A stretch of 64,000 nucleotides of DNA from Octopus bimaculoides. Lineage: Eukaryota. Positions within the stretch are counted from its first letter, which is position 1; every line of letters begins with the position of its first letter. The position numbers and the translations under genes were made by a program. Below are positions 12,075-23,980 of the stretch, piece by piece. The stretch is from NCBI RefSeq assembly GCF_001194135.2, contig NC_068987.1, forward strand, positions 2,520,337 to 2,584,336. Reading direction: 5' to 3'. Under the pieces are notes generated by a model that was not told the origin of the DNA, ran no database searches, and saw nothing but the letters and a program-made list of their open reading frames with translations.

Positions 12075-12790
12075 AGAAAGATAGACGGACAGCCAGAAAG
12101 ATAGACAGACAGCCAGAAAGATAGACAGACAGCCAGAAAGATAGACAGACAGCCAGAAAGATAGACAGACAGCCAGAAAGATAGACAGACAGCCAGAAAG
12201 ATAGACAGACAGCCAGNNNNNNNNNNNNNNNNNNNNNNNNNNNNNNNNNNNNNNNNNNNNNNNNNNNNNNNNNNNNNNNNNNNNNNNNNNNNNNNNNNNN
12301 NNNNNNNNNNNNNNNNNNNNNNNNNNNNNNNNNNNNNNNNNNNNNNNNNNNNNNNNNNNNNNNNNNNNNNNNNNNNNNNNNNNNNNNNNNNNNNNNNNNN
12401 NNNNNNNNNNNNNNNNNNNNNNNNNNNNNNNNNNNNNNNNNNNNNNNNNNNNNNNNNNNNNNNNNNNNNNNNNNNNNNNNNNNNNNNNNNNNNNNNNNNN
12501 NNNNNNNNNNNNNNNNCGATAGACAGACAGCCAGGACGATAGACAGACAGCTAGATAGCCAGAAAGATAGACAGACAGCTAGATAGCTAGATAAACAGAC
12601 ACACAGATAGCTAGATAGGTAGACGGAGACAGACAGATAGCCAGATAGACATACACACAGATAGGTAGACAGATAGCTAGATAGGTAGACAGATAGACAG
12701 ATAGGTAGACAGATAGACAGATAGGTAGCCAGACAAATAGACAGGTAGACAGATTGGAAGGTATACAGGAAGATAGGTAGGTTGATAGAT
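12075..12790. repeat. 20-bp minisatellite AGCCAGAAAGATAGACAGAC decaying into GATA/GACA repeats; spans gap 12217-12516
   Basis: At least six near-exact units before the 300-N gap; degenerate units after it. Confidence 0.95.
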
Positions 12791-12831
12791 AACCGCCGAG
12801 AAAATACTATGCAACGGACGCACACACGCAT

Positions 12832-12867
<36 letters not shown>

Positions 12868-12892
12868 TCATGCACGTGTGTGTATATGTGTG

Positions 12893-13268
12893 TATCTTGT
12901 ATTCTTTTACTTGTGTCGGTCATTAGACTGTGGACATGCTGGGGCACCGCCTGGAATTTTTAGTCGAATGACTCGATTCCACTATTTTTTTTTAAAGCCT
13001 GGTACTAATTCTTTCTTTTGCCGAACCACTAAATTACAGAGACGAAAACACACCAACACCGGTTAACAAACGGTGGTGGGCGAACACATACACACACAAA
13101 GACACACACTCATACGTACACGACAGGTTTCTTTCAGTTTTCGTCTACTAAATCCACCCACAAGGCTAAGATCACCCGAGGCTATAGTAGAAAATAGTGT
13201 CACGCAATGGGACTGAACCCGGAGCATTGCGGTTCGGAAATAAAATTCTTACCGCAAAGCCACGACTA
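12893..13268 (-). mobile_element. SINE family B, near full length
   Basis: Tail TTAGACTGTGGACATGCTGGGGCACCGCC through head GGGACTGAACCCGGAGCATTGCGG...TCTTACCGCAAAGCCACG on the + strand. Confidence 0.85.
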
Positions 13269-13369
13269 TATATATATATATATATAAAATTATTAAGATA
13301 TCCTTATCCTGAAGAATAGCCTGCAGTATACACCTCGCTTGGATATTTACCACTTCCGAGGTTCCGCGG

Positions 13370-13610
13370 TGATATGTTGTCAACTTAATGTGACAGTCCC
13401 ATGAAAGGGAAGATTACTACTGCCATTTAACCCCAGGAAGCACCGCTTCCTGTCGGCCTTGACACATTTCCTGTGTCCTCTTTACAAAGGGGGAGATAAG
13501 TACCTCCACCCAGCAAAGCCAGCATCCAGAGACTAGTTTCTGAGTCATTGCCCGTCACCAGCCTGGAGTAGCATGGCTTGCTAGCTGTCGATGCCTATCT
13601 GCCTCTGTAA
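13370..13610 (+). repeat. Interspersed repeat distantly related to the arms and loop of the 61.2-kb inverted repeat
   Basis: CAACTTAATGTGACAGTCC...TGCCATTTAACCCCAGG...GACACATTTCCTGTGTCCT aligns by eye with CAACATAACATGGCAGTCC...TGTAATTTAGCCCCAGG...GACACAATCTGTGTCCT at 61170-61266. Confidence 0.5.
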
Positions 13611-14989
13611 ACACATAATAATTCAAGAGAAATACATACATATTTTGAGGAAAAACGTCGTCAGAAGTTTGAAAAAAAAAAACCTTTCGTTTCTTCATTA
13701 CTATTAGCGCTTTCGCCCCTCTCTAGAACTTGTCAAAAACAATTTTGTGAATGTACAAAAGTTCTATAGAGGAGCGNNNNNNNNNNNNNNNNNNNNNNNN
13801 NNNNNNNNNNNNNNNNNNNNNNNNNNNNNNNNNNNNNNNNNNNNNNNNNNNNNNNNNNNNNNNNNNNNNNNNNNNNNNNNNNNNNNNNNNNNNNNNNNNN
13901 NNNNNNNNNNNNNNNNNNNNNNNNNNNNNNNNNNNNNNNNNNNNNNNNNNNNNNNNNNNNNNNNNNNNNNNNNNNNNNNNNNNNNNNNNNNNNNNNNNNN
14001 NNNNNNNNNNNNNNNNNNNNNNNNNNNNNNNNNNNNNNNNNNNNNNNNNNNNNNNNNNNNNNNNNNNNNNNNNNNNNNNNNNNNNNNNNNNNNNNNNNNN
14101 NNNNNNNNNNNNNNNNNNNNNNNNNNNNNNNNNNNNNNNNNNNNNNNNNNNNNNNNNNNNNNNNNNNNNATATATATATATATATATATATATACATGCA
14201 GTTGTGTGTGTTTCTATGTATGTTTAGGAAATGGTACTTAAATACAGAAACTTGTAAGACACTAAAATGGTTGATTGACACGGTTAAGGTTTATTTTAGA
14301 AAATATATGAACTGTGTATCGCGCACGCGCGCACATTGTATTATGTTTTCTGCTCTAAATATTGTTTCATTTCATGTTTATCAAACTCATTGCTAATATT
14401 ATTTGCGAGAAGTTTTCTAGCGTAAGCTGTGCAGTGAGAAAATATTCCTTTTATATCTGACGAGACTGCCAGCGCCGCCAGCACCGCCGCCGACGACAAC
14501 CTCCCAGTCTGTTATTCAATTTAGTAATTTCAGTGAAGTTCTAGGTTGTCTCTGACTCAAATAGTTCTTTGGTGTCAAAAGGCCTCTCCTTGGACAGAAA
14601 AATGAGGAAGCGTGGTACTTGTCTGAACAATATCTTTCTATGTACGAAGACAATGGCGAGATGTACAGTAATCGCTCGACTATTGCGGAGGTTACATCCA
14701 AAAAAACCTGTAATCAACCTGATGAATCAAATGTTCGGTGCTTCCATACACATTAATATATGATTGTTAGCACTGAAAGATATATGCTGAGATAACCAGC
14801 ACTGACGAAGCATATTGAATGCTATCATAAACCTTAAATTATGCATGGTAGCACTGAAGAAACATACTTCATGTTGCCATAGACATTTAGAATGTCTTTG
14901 AGTAGGATATCAGCTGTTTCCCAAAGTTTCTTCATTTGATTTTTCTGCGTCAGAATCTCTTGTCAAATAAATATTTCTAATAGAGACAT

Positions 14990-15131
14990 AAACCTCGGAA
15001 TTTGTAGTGGGGTGGAGGTACTTTATCGATTCTAAAAGGATGAAAAGCAAAGATGACCTCGGCAGGATTCGATCTCAAAATGCCGCTAAGCAATTTGTGC
15101 GACGTGCTAACGTTTCTGCCTGCTCGCCACC
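14990..15131 (-). mobile_element. SINE family A fragment
   Basis: AAAGGATGAAAAGCAAAGATGACCTCGGCAGGATTCGATCTCA...GTGCTAACGTTTCTGCCTGCTCGCCACC. Confidence 0.75.
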
Positions 15132-16390
15132 TTGCTAAATAAATAATACCGGCTGTTGACTGGGACCAAATGAAGTCCACATGTTCTGACGAGGCAGATA
15201 GACACTTAATATACTCAACGAGGATATTCCATATTTTAGCGCACTCGCGGACTGAAACCTTAGTACGGTGACGCTGAAAAGGAGCGGGCACGGTGGCACA
15301 CAAAGGGACAGCTATTAAGTGGGAGCTTGATTTATTTAAATGGGTTAGTCAGAGCAGGAAGAGAACTTACATTTTGTGGGTTCACCGAGAAGAAACCAAG
15401 ATACATAGGTTATCCATAAAGGAGGTACCAGTCCCAATATTTAAATCATATTGGTCTCCATTGAAAGCACCATGGTGCTAAATATTGGTAACATACCAGA
15501 AAAGTCGCTTCACTTTCTTGCCCCCGTTGTCCACTCGGGGCTAAAACAGTTATAAATAGATTAACTTAGAGATGCACTTAACAGTGTTGAATGAATTATA
15601 TTTAACACGTTCGTCTACATTCGCACGTGGAAAGACAATACGCTGCACAAGTAGTCTCAAGAGAAGAGATTATCCTTATAGACAACGAGGACAAACACAC
15701 TACAAATCATAAATGACGTTACCGATCGGAAGGACCAACCTTTTGACAAGTGTGTTCCAGCTATTTTCGGCTGCTCTGAACATGTTTGATAATTCACTGC
15801 TCAGGTTTTTCCTATTGACCTGATTAAAATCTTGTGACGTTCGAATACGATGTAAAGCTGAGTCATAGAATCTCTTTAACACTCCCAGTTGTAACTGTTT
15901 GCAGAACTAAACAGATTTCACTCTCAACGTCTTCCGCTTCTCAATACAATAGTTTCTTAGGACGGTTACAGAATATAGCGAAAATACACGTTGAAACTCG
16001 TAAGGAAATTACCATCTTGTTGCTGCTGCTGCTGCTGTTGCTCATGCGCAGAATGAGTTGGATGGTAAGTATTTCTCAGTATGCCCTGCACTTTGACAAC
16101 AACAGGGTTTAAGAAGGAGGACGAAGACCAGACAATCTCAACATTGAAGATGCTCACACAAACATTACAGACGAGATTTTCTTGTAACAACAACAATGAT
16201 GACATTTAGAAACACAACAACAACAACAACAACCATTAGTAATAATAGCAACAATAATAATAACAACAATGGTGACATCAATAAACAAGAAGTCCGCCAT
16301 TAACAATAAGAATTTTAACAATGACAACAACATGAAAAACAGTAATAGAACCATCAACAGTATCATCATCGTCATCTTCATCAACAACAC

Positions 16391-16421
<31 letters not shown>

Positions 16422-17104
16422 CGAAGCAACAAACTAAATTCCGTTGTGTAACGAAGCGTTGCTCAGTGACTCCCTTTGATAACGGATTGCGTTTTCACTT
16501 AATTTTTCCCTCTATTTCGCAATTTTTAAAAAAATATATCAAACAATGTGGAAAAAAAGTCTTAACATCCAACATGGTGAAATACTTTAAAAATATCTAC
16601 CATCACAAAAGATGCTGCGCTATTATTATTATTATTATTATTATTATTAAAATGCAATGATGGCTTTAACAGTTGGTGCGGTGAATGCAATAGGCATTTC
16701 TGGAAGAGAAAACGAGGTGGTGGTGGCGGTGCTGCTGATGATGATGATGGTGGTGGTGATGGTGGTATTATAAGAACGGGACATATGAAGTAGCAATATG
16801 TGAAGTCTCGATTTCTCATATGTGTAAATAGAAGAGCATTTAACACCTCATGTAGACCATTTGAAGATAAATAAGTCCTGCCGTGATGACAGTGACAATA
16901 TATATTCTAGTAGACGTCGCGGAATGGATAGCCAGAAGAATCGCCGTTTTTAAAAGAATTCATAAATATTCGAAATACTTTCAAGTAAACGTTGTTTTTG
17001 TTTTGTTTTGTTTTGTTTGTTTTTTTAGAGAAGATTTTGTTTATTTTATTTCGTCTGGTTCTGGTAAATACAGTTCCCAAAGAAGTGAAGAATACAGGAT
17101 TTGT

Positions 17105-17465
17105 ATGTATCTTGTATCTTTTATTGGTTTCAGTCATTAGACTGTGGCCATGCTGGAACACCACCTTGAAGGATTTTAGTCGAACAAATCAACCCCTGAT
17201 CTTGTTTTTAAGGGTAGTATTTATTCTATTAGCTCCTTTTACCGAATCGCTATGTTACGGGGACGTAAACAAACAAGCACCGTTTGTCGAGCGGTGAAGA
17301 AACAAACACAAACACACACACACTCACGGGGCACGTACACACACACACACACACACATACATTCATACATACATATGCCACACAATTTATGTCAGTTAAA
17401 TTCATTTACAAGGCATTGGTCGACCTATGTGTATGGTAGAAAACACTTTCCCAAAGTGCTGCACA
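17105..17465 (-). mobile_element. SINE family B with internal (CA)n
   Basis: GTTTCAGTCATTAGACTGTGGCCATGCTGGAACACCACCTTGAAGG tail; head remnant GGTAGAAAACACTTTCCCAAAGTGC. Confidence 0.8.
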
Positions 17466-18189
17466 CCCATGCTTTCGCCGATACATACATAGTTATATGC
17501 TTAAAAAAACGTTTAATAATTTATGAACTCAAAAGCTTCCATGAAAATAGCCTTTTTTCTTGCTTACGTGTGTTCTATACATATGATACTAAAGACAAGA
17601 AAACAATTATAGTAAAACCACGCTAAGTGCATATCACCTGAATTGTGACTATGTGACGCATTTTCTAAAGAGTTATTTTCTTTCTTTTCTTTAATCAATC
17701 AAATTTCTATTTGCCGTTGATTAATCACATTTCTAGCATTTACGAATATCTTTTGTGACATATTCTCACACTGTTACCCTGTTTCAGTCGTTTGAATAAT
17801 CGATAACGAGAAACTCAGAATTGCAATTGAAAAAGCATCTTCTTTAAAAATGTATGTGTATTACAAAGGAGGCGGACGGCATCTAGAAGTTTCTGTTAGA
17901 ACGTTCATGACAGAAGTAGTATGAAAGAAAGTAACTCCAGCAATGAGTTTATCGGTTTAGGGAGAAGGGATTCAAAATAATGAGGTATCTATCATCATTT
18001 TGCCGACGTATCTATATATGTAATATCTGTACATGCGTATTTTATGTACATATGGTATGTATGAATGTGTGTCGTAGACATACGCATAGCTATGGGGTTA
18101 ACAAGTTAACTTCGGAATCACGTCGGTTGCGTATAGAATTCCACTGCATAGAACATCGGATATACTCTACAATAGTCCCAGGCCAACAA

Positions 18190-18238
<49 letters not shown>

Positions 18239-18239
18239 C

Positions 18240-18500
18240 AAATTCAGGTTTAATATTGTTCCTGTCCCAGGTCATGTGTTATTTAAAAGTCTCCAATTTC
18301 TAAGTTATGATTTAGGGTACCATAGACTACTGGAGTAGTTTCTGCTGAAATGTATTTGTATGTTGTTGGTTTCTCTGCGAGCTCTTGGTCGAATTTGTCC
18401 TGGTACCATTTGAATGTTATGGAGTCTTTTCTTTGATTTCTTTCGCGATAATTCTGGATGGGTGGAGGTAATAAACTACAGAGGTTCCAACGACCTCTTC
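18240..18500 (-). mobile_element. Possible decayed R4/Dong-like (RLE) LINE 3' fragment
   Basis: Minus frame CSLLPPPIQNYRERNQ...KWYQDK...EIGDF*ITHD then NNIKPEFV loosely resembles GCSLLAxxEYxERHNQ...WY...ILWDFxIxTD...NKPDIV. Weak and from memory. Confidence 0.35.
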
Positions 18501-20099
18501 ACCCAGTTGTAGACAGCAGCAGAAACCTACTTGGTGAGTTGTCAAAATTTAGGCAACCATATTCGATTTGAAACAACGCCATGAAACAACGACAGTTATG
18601 ATATCTTGTGAAATTACATATCAACTTGTATTTCTGGTCACAGTTTATGTTGACTCTGGTAGAGTTTATGAAGTAAAATATTTCACACGGTCAGTACTGT
18701 GAGACGAGGAAGGAAGGAGAGAAGTGAAGTTAGTGGAAGACTAAAGTTTCATCAAAACGCATTAATCACGGCGTGAATTTAGTGAAATTTGAGAGAATTA
18801 TTCTGCAGAGGTAATTGAATCAGTTACGATATGTCATAAAGTACATATCTTTTACTACGACAAATCCTAATGTGTGCGGGGAAGGGAAAGGGGAAATATG
18901 TTCTATCACTACTATGCTATGTTTTTAATTATGTTAACTAAGACCACGCTGGAGCACTATCTTTAGATGTGATCTTTGTAACTTGCGATGTTCTCTTATG
19001 CACTGACAAAAGCAACAAATTGCTGTTGTTATCCTCGAACATATTTAACGAGAAAACTAATGCAAAATGCCACACACACACACACACACACGTACATACA
19101 TACATACGTCTAGCCATACATACATGAATCGTCGGCGGCAGCGGCGTTTTATCGTGTGTCCGATAATTTATTTGGCTTCTTCTTGACCACTGCTTCCTCT
19201 CCGTGTTTATGCTTCTGATGACAAATGAGGTCACATCTCGAAGATTGTTTTTTCAGTCCGAGAACAGGAGATAACTACAAGAAATCTAATGAAGAAACGA
19301 GACAATGAGACTCTTAAACTCCCATAATTCAACAGCAAATATCGATTATGTCATTCTTCTGTGGATGAGGGCATCAGACATGTAATAAGCAGCTGCCCCC
19401 AAAATATTGAAGTACACATTGAGAAAAAGAGGATTTTTCTCAAACAATATACAATGGCATCCACAGGAAAGAAAGGCTTCGTAGTTTTGGCAGACAACAC
19501 ACGGTTCCCGGATGATACCGTGGATGGTGGACAACTCTGGTTGTCACAGCCAATCTCTGGCAAGATGTAACCATCTTTCTGTTATTTTTATGGGAGTTAG
19601 TCATTATAGAATTGATAATTAGCCACCTTCTTTATTGAGCTGGTATTGAAGAACAGGAAGGAACATCCAGATACTCCTGCTTTTCAGTCAACACTAGAAA
19701 TTGATTGTTCCGTGTTACAACTCAGTGAGAAAATGGAGTACCTGCTCTACAATGTAACTCACTCAGTCCTGTTGAGTGACCACCTTTACTTAGAAATTTT
19801 CATGTTTATCACGCCAAGGGACATCGAGTAATCCACGATTCGTGAAATATCATTTAGAACTTCACCGTCTTCACGTAATTTAAGAAAATATTCTTCCTAG
19901 CTTCGGTTTAGACGATTGTCTTTTCTCTGTTAATAAGGTAGTGAACCATGTCAGGCTTTTCTTGAATGATGGCAGAGAGGAAGGAAGTTATTGTGAGGGC
20001 AGGGGCACGACTCAAATATTTGTAGCAGTACAGCTAAATCCACTGAAGGTACTCGAGGTCTGATGAAGTTAAACCAAGTGACTGATTAGCAACAGGGAC

Positions 20100-20260
20100 A
20101 TTCTTGACGGGCTTCCATACAGTTTCCATTAACCAAATTTCACTTATCAGATTTTGGATGATTTGGGACAGCAGAAAACGTTTTTAGCATGTCGCATCGA
20201 GGGAGTGAACCCGGAACTACAAGTTGCAAAGCGAACTTCTTAAGTACACGGCTATGCCTG
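20100..20260 (-). mobile_element. SINE family B head
   Basis: GACGGGCTTCCATACAGTTTCCATTAACCAAATTTCAC...GAGTGAACCCGGAACTACAAGTTGCAAAGCGAACTTCTTAAG. Confidence 0.7.
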
Positions 20261-20283
20261 CACACAAAACTTCTATGCACGGT

Positions 20284-20321
<38 letters not shown>

Positions 20322-20956
20322 GGTATGTGCGCGCGCGCATTAGCGTGCGTATGTGAGTGAATCAGTGAACGTGTTTGTATGTGTGACTGGTAGGACGTAT
20401 GTGTATGCATTGTATGTGTGCGTGTTTGAGTGTACGCTTACTTCCGTGTGTGTGTGTGTGTGTGTGTGTAGATGTGAACCATTACGTAAGTATGAAAGAT
20501 GTCTTAAGAGGGCGATGGTGAGGAAGAGGGGTAAATAGTGGGGTGAGGTGGGAATAGTGGGGGGTTGTAGTGACAGTGTTTATGGTGGTGGTGGTGGTGG
20601 AGACGACTGTGGTGGTTGGAGTTGTGTTGGCAGGGGAAGGGAGATTAAACTGACACTAATAGGAGACCCCAAGGGATTGCCGCTCCCTCATCATATTTTA
20701 AAGGGTCAGGGAACAGCCTAAGGGGACTAATTACGTCTTGATAATCGATTTGAAAGAAAACCACAGAAGCTAGGTATAGACTGGATAATTATTATTATTG
20801 TTAGTAGTAGTAGTAGTAGTAGTGGTAGTAGTATCGTTATAATTACTAATCTAAAGTTCGTGTGAGGTGTTCGGAATCACCCTATGTGGTTGTCCCCTAT
20901 TGGGAAGGGGCCATTTTTGTCTCATTATTGTTCTTGGTTATTGTTTCACCCCCTAA

Positions 20957-21170
20957 GGCTGCAGGCTGGTAGAATCGTTAGGACGCCGGATAAAATGCTC
21001 AGCAGCATTTCTTCCGGCTTTACCTTCTGAGCTCATATTCCGCCGAGGTCAGCCTTGCCTTTTATTCTTTCGGGGTCGGTAAAATAAATACTAGTTGAGC
21101 ACTGGGGTCCATGTTATTGGTTAACCCCTTACACAAAAAAGTTCAGGGCTTATGCCTGTAATAGAATTAT
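20957..21170 (+). mobile_element. SINE family A
   Basis: GCTGGTAGAATCGTTAGGACGCCGGATAAAATGCTCAGC...TTCCGCCGAGGTCAGCCTTGCC...CTTTCGGGGTCGG. Confidence 0.85.
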
Positions 21171-22419
21171 TTCTTCCCTTCTTGGTCAATGAAACCCCAT
21201 ACAAAGACATATATTTGTGAGTCCACATCAGTGTTTATGTTTATACCGTCGAGAAAGCCCAATGCTATTCATGCTGTGCCCCTTTATGTTCTTGGAACGC
21301 TACGCCCAATAAATCAATGCCCCTGCTCCACAGTGTTTACCTATATTTAGGCGGCTCGACGGGGTCCGGGCCTTTGGCGTTAAAAACCTGAAAATAACGA
21401 GCAGCCATCAGCAGTCATATTACCCTTGTTTGCATAAAGCCAGAGGCGCTGGCATAACGTCGATTCGAACTCTGAATGTCACAATCGCCTCTGTTTTCGG
21501 CAGCCTTGCATCCAGTGAGTAAATTTCCATCTCGAAATTCAGAAAAATGGTCCACGGAATTATCCTCTAATTGGGATCACCAGACGAAAGATATTCGATT
21601 CATTAATAGGAAAGTCATGCCTGACCGTTCTCAGAATGATACTGACAAATAACGAGAAGAAATGGATCTCCGTTGGTTTCGGCGAGGAGTATTTCAGTAA
21701 TGCACCGACTGCTGCTTGAATTAGTGTTAGTGGTTGTGTATTTTATTCTCTCGACCGCAAAACGACTAATGGCAAGGTTGCCGTCGGTACAATTGAAGTT
21801 GGAGTCAGTCGGAACAAGTATCGCGAAGCATTCTGTCTGGCACACTAATGGCTCGACTAAATTGCCGCTAAGAACATAGCTGCATATTCTATAAAAGAAG
21901 CTTGATTTGGTTATGACGTTCCAAAAGTCTGGAGGAAGGAATTTGGCCTGGATAACTATTTCTACCTGGGTTTGAAACGAGGAATAGCTACAATCGCATC
22001 TAGCAACAGGTTTATCGTTGGCCTGGCTAATTTCTCTGTTACCTGATGCGGAATGCGATAGACATCGAAGAACGAATGAAAATATATTCGTTGACAGACC
22101 TGTACAAAGGAATATGTAACTGGCGAATTAGCAGGAACATCGATCTGGAAAATGTAATTCCAAGAACATGTGACTGGGTAATAAACATCCGGATATGGTT
22201 GTGAACACTTCCTGCATGAAATAAATCATTGACGCGCAATGCACTTACTGTATGAGGGTTTATACCAATATTCGCGTCACTCAGTTGGACGAAAGGTGCA
22301 ATCTAGCACCAGCTGTGAACGCTGCATCGTTTGCACCAATCGTGAAGAGGTGGGCTTCACAAAGTCAGAAAAACGAGCAATAATCAAGTAATGCAGCTAC
22401 AAGTCATTAAATATGATGT

Positions 22420-22455
<36 letters not shown>

Positions 22456-22476
22456 TCTCTGTCCTATTGTTCAACT

Positions 22477-22846
22477 TTATTACCTCAGCCTTAAAGAAGG
22501 TGGAAGTATTATTTGCAGTCATGTTTGTTTGTTTGTCTATGGACAAGATACCTCAAGAACCGCTGGATGGATTCGGAAGAAACTTTCAGGGATGTTTGCC
22601 CTGATGACTGGCACGAACTCATTAGATTTGGGGATCGATCCGGTACCGGACAAGGATTCTGGATTATTTTTCCGTTGTTTTTTCTTAATTTTTGAGAGCG
22701 GTTGGATTCATTTTTAGTATTCTCGTTTGTGAGAGCACTCCAGTTCATTTCAGATATTCTCATTTTAAAAATCATCTCTGGCTAATTGTTGATAGAACGT
22801 TGGTGTTGCCTTGGTGGAGGTTTTCACTCTCTGAGTGCTCTTGTTT
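22477..22846 (+). mobile_element. Non-autonomous Helentron/DINE-1-like element (HINE)
   Basis: Starts TTATTACCTCAGCC, followed by a GTTTGTTTGTTTGTCT tract and a GGATGGATT...GAAACTTTCAGG core. Ends with subterminal IR GCCTTGGTGGAGG and stem-loop CACTCTCTGAGTG before a T-rich end, the typical HINE layout. Confidence 0.7.
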
Positions 22847-23551
22847 CAATTTTAAAATGTTCCATATATATATATANNNNNNNNNNNNNNNNNNNNNNNN
22901 NNNNNNNNNNNNNNNNNNNNNNNNNNNNNNNNNNNNNNNNNNNNNNNNNNNNNNNNNNNNNNNNNNNNNNNNNNNNNNNNNNNNNNNNNNNNNNNNNNNN
23001 NNNNNNNNNNNNNNNNNNNNNNNNNNNNNNNNNNNNNNNNNNNNNNNNNNNNNNNNNNNNNNNNNNNNNNNNNNNNNNNNNNNNNNNNNNNNNNNNNNNN
23101 NNNNNNNNNNNNNNNNNNNNNNNNNNNNNNNNNNNNNNNNNNNNNNNNNNNNNNNNNNNNNNNNNNNNNNNNNNNNNNNNNNNNNNNNNNNNNNNNNNNN
23201 NNNNNNNNNNNNNNNNNNNNNNNNNNNNNNNNNNNNNNNNNNNNNNNNNNNNNNNNNNNNNNNNNNNNNNNNNNNNNNNNNNNNNNNNNNNNNNNNNNNN
23301 NNNNNNNNTATATATAGAGAGAGAGAGAGAGAGAGACAGACAGATATAGTGTGTGCGTGTGAAAAGAATTTGTGCATGGAACTCCTTTATTCCCATTATT
23401 ACATATGATTTAGTGTCTGTGACGCATGACATCTCACTCTGCAGATGCAACCACTAGGTGCAGCATTCTTGTTCAATTGCCACGCATCGGGCGCATGTAA
23501 TCGTACCCATACGTATATACACACCTACGTGTATATATATATATACATGTG

Positions 23552-23585
<34 letters not shown>

Positions 23586-23591
23586 CACGTG

Positions 23592-23622
<31 letters not shown>

Positions 23623-23936
23623 TCTTTTACTTGTTTCAGTCATTTGACTGCGGCCATGATTGTGTGTTTGTGTGTATACAAACCACTTTTGTTTCAGCTG
23701 TTGTGGGTATTAATAAAATGAAGTTGTCATTGACGGGAACTGAATTAATAACGAATCACAAAGGGGTAAAGAGGTGTTAAGGGGTAAGAAAATTGTGACA
23801 GACGCAGGCAAATTAAGCACACACACACACACACACACACATATATACACACACAAAATCATATAATATTGTTTCTCAGCATGGTTGCACTCAGTAGGGT
23901 GAGACCAAAGATACGTGTATAAAGGTATAGATACAT

Positions 23937-23980
<44 letters not shown>

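Noticed and set aside
11602-12861. 419-aa ORF, the longest in the track
   Set aside because: Made of the 20-bp minisatellite, a 300-N gap and CT-rich repeats.
14895-14945. GAAACAGCTG on the minus strand resembling the 51.8-kb hammerhead
   Set aside because: The core is CAAATGA, and neither stem I nor stem II pairs.
17787-17850. Good acceptor (CCCTGTTTCAG) and donor (AAT|GTATGT) pair
   Set aside because: All three frames contain stops; at most a non-coding exon, with no evidence.
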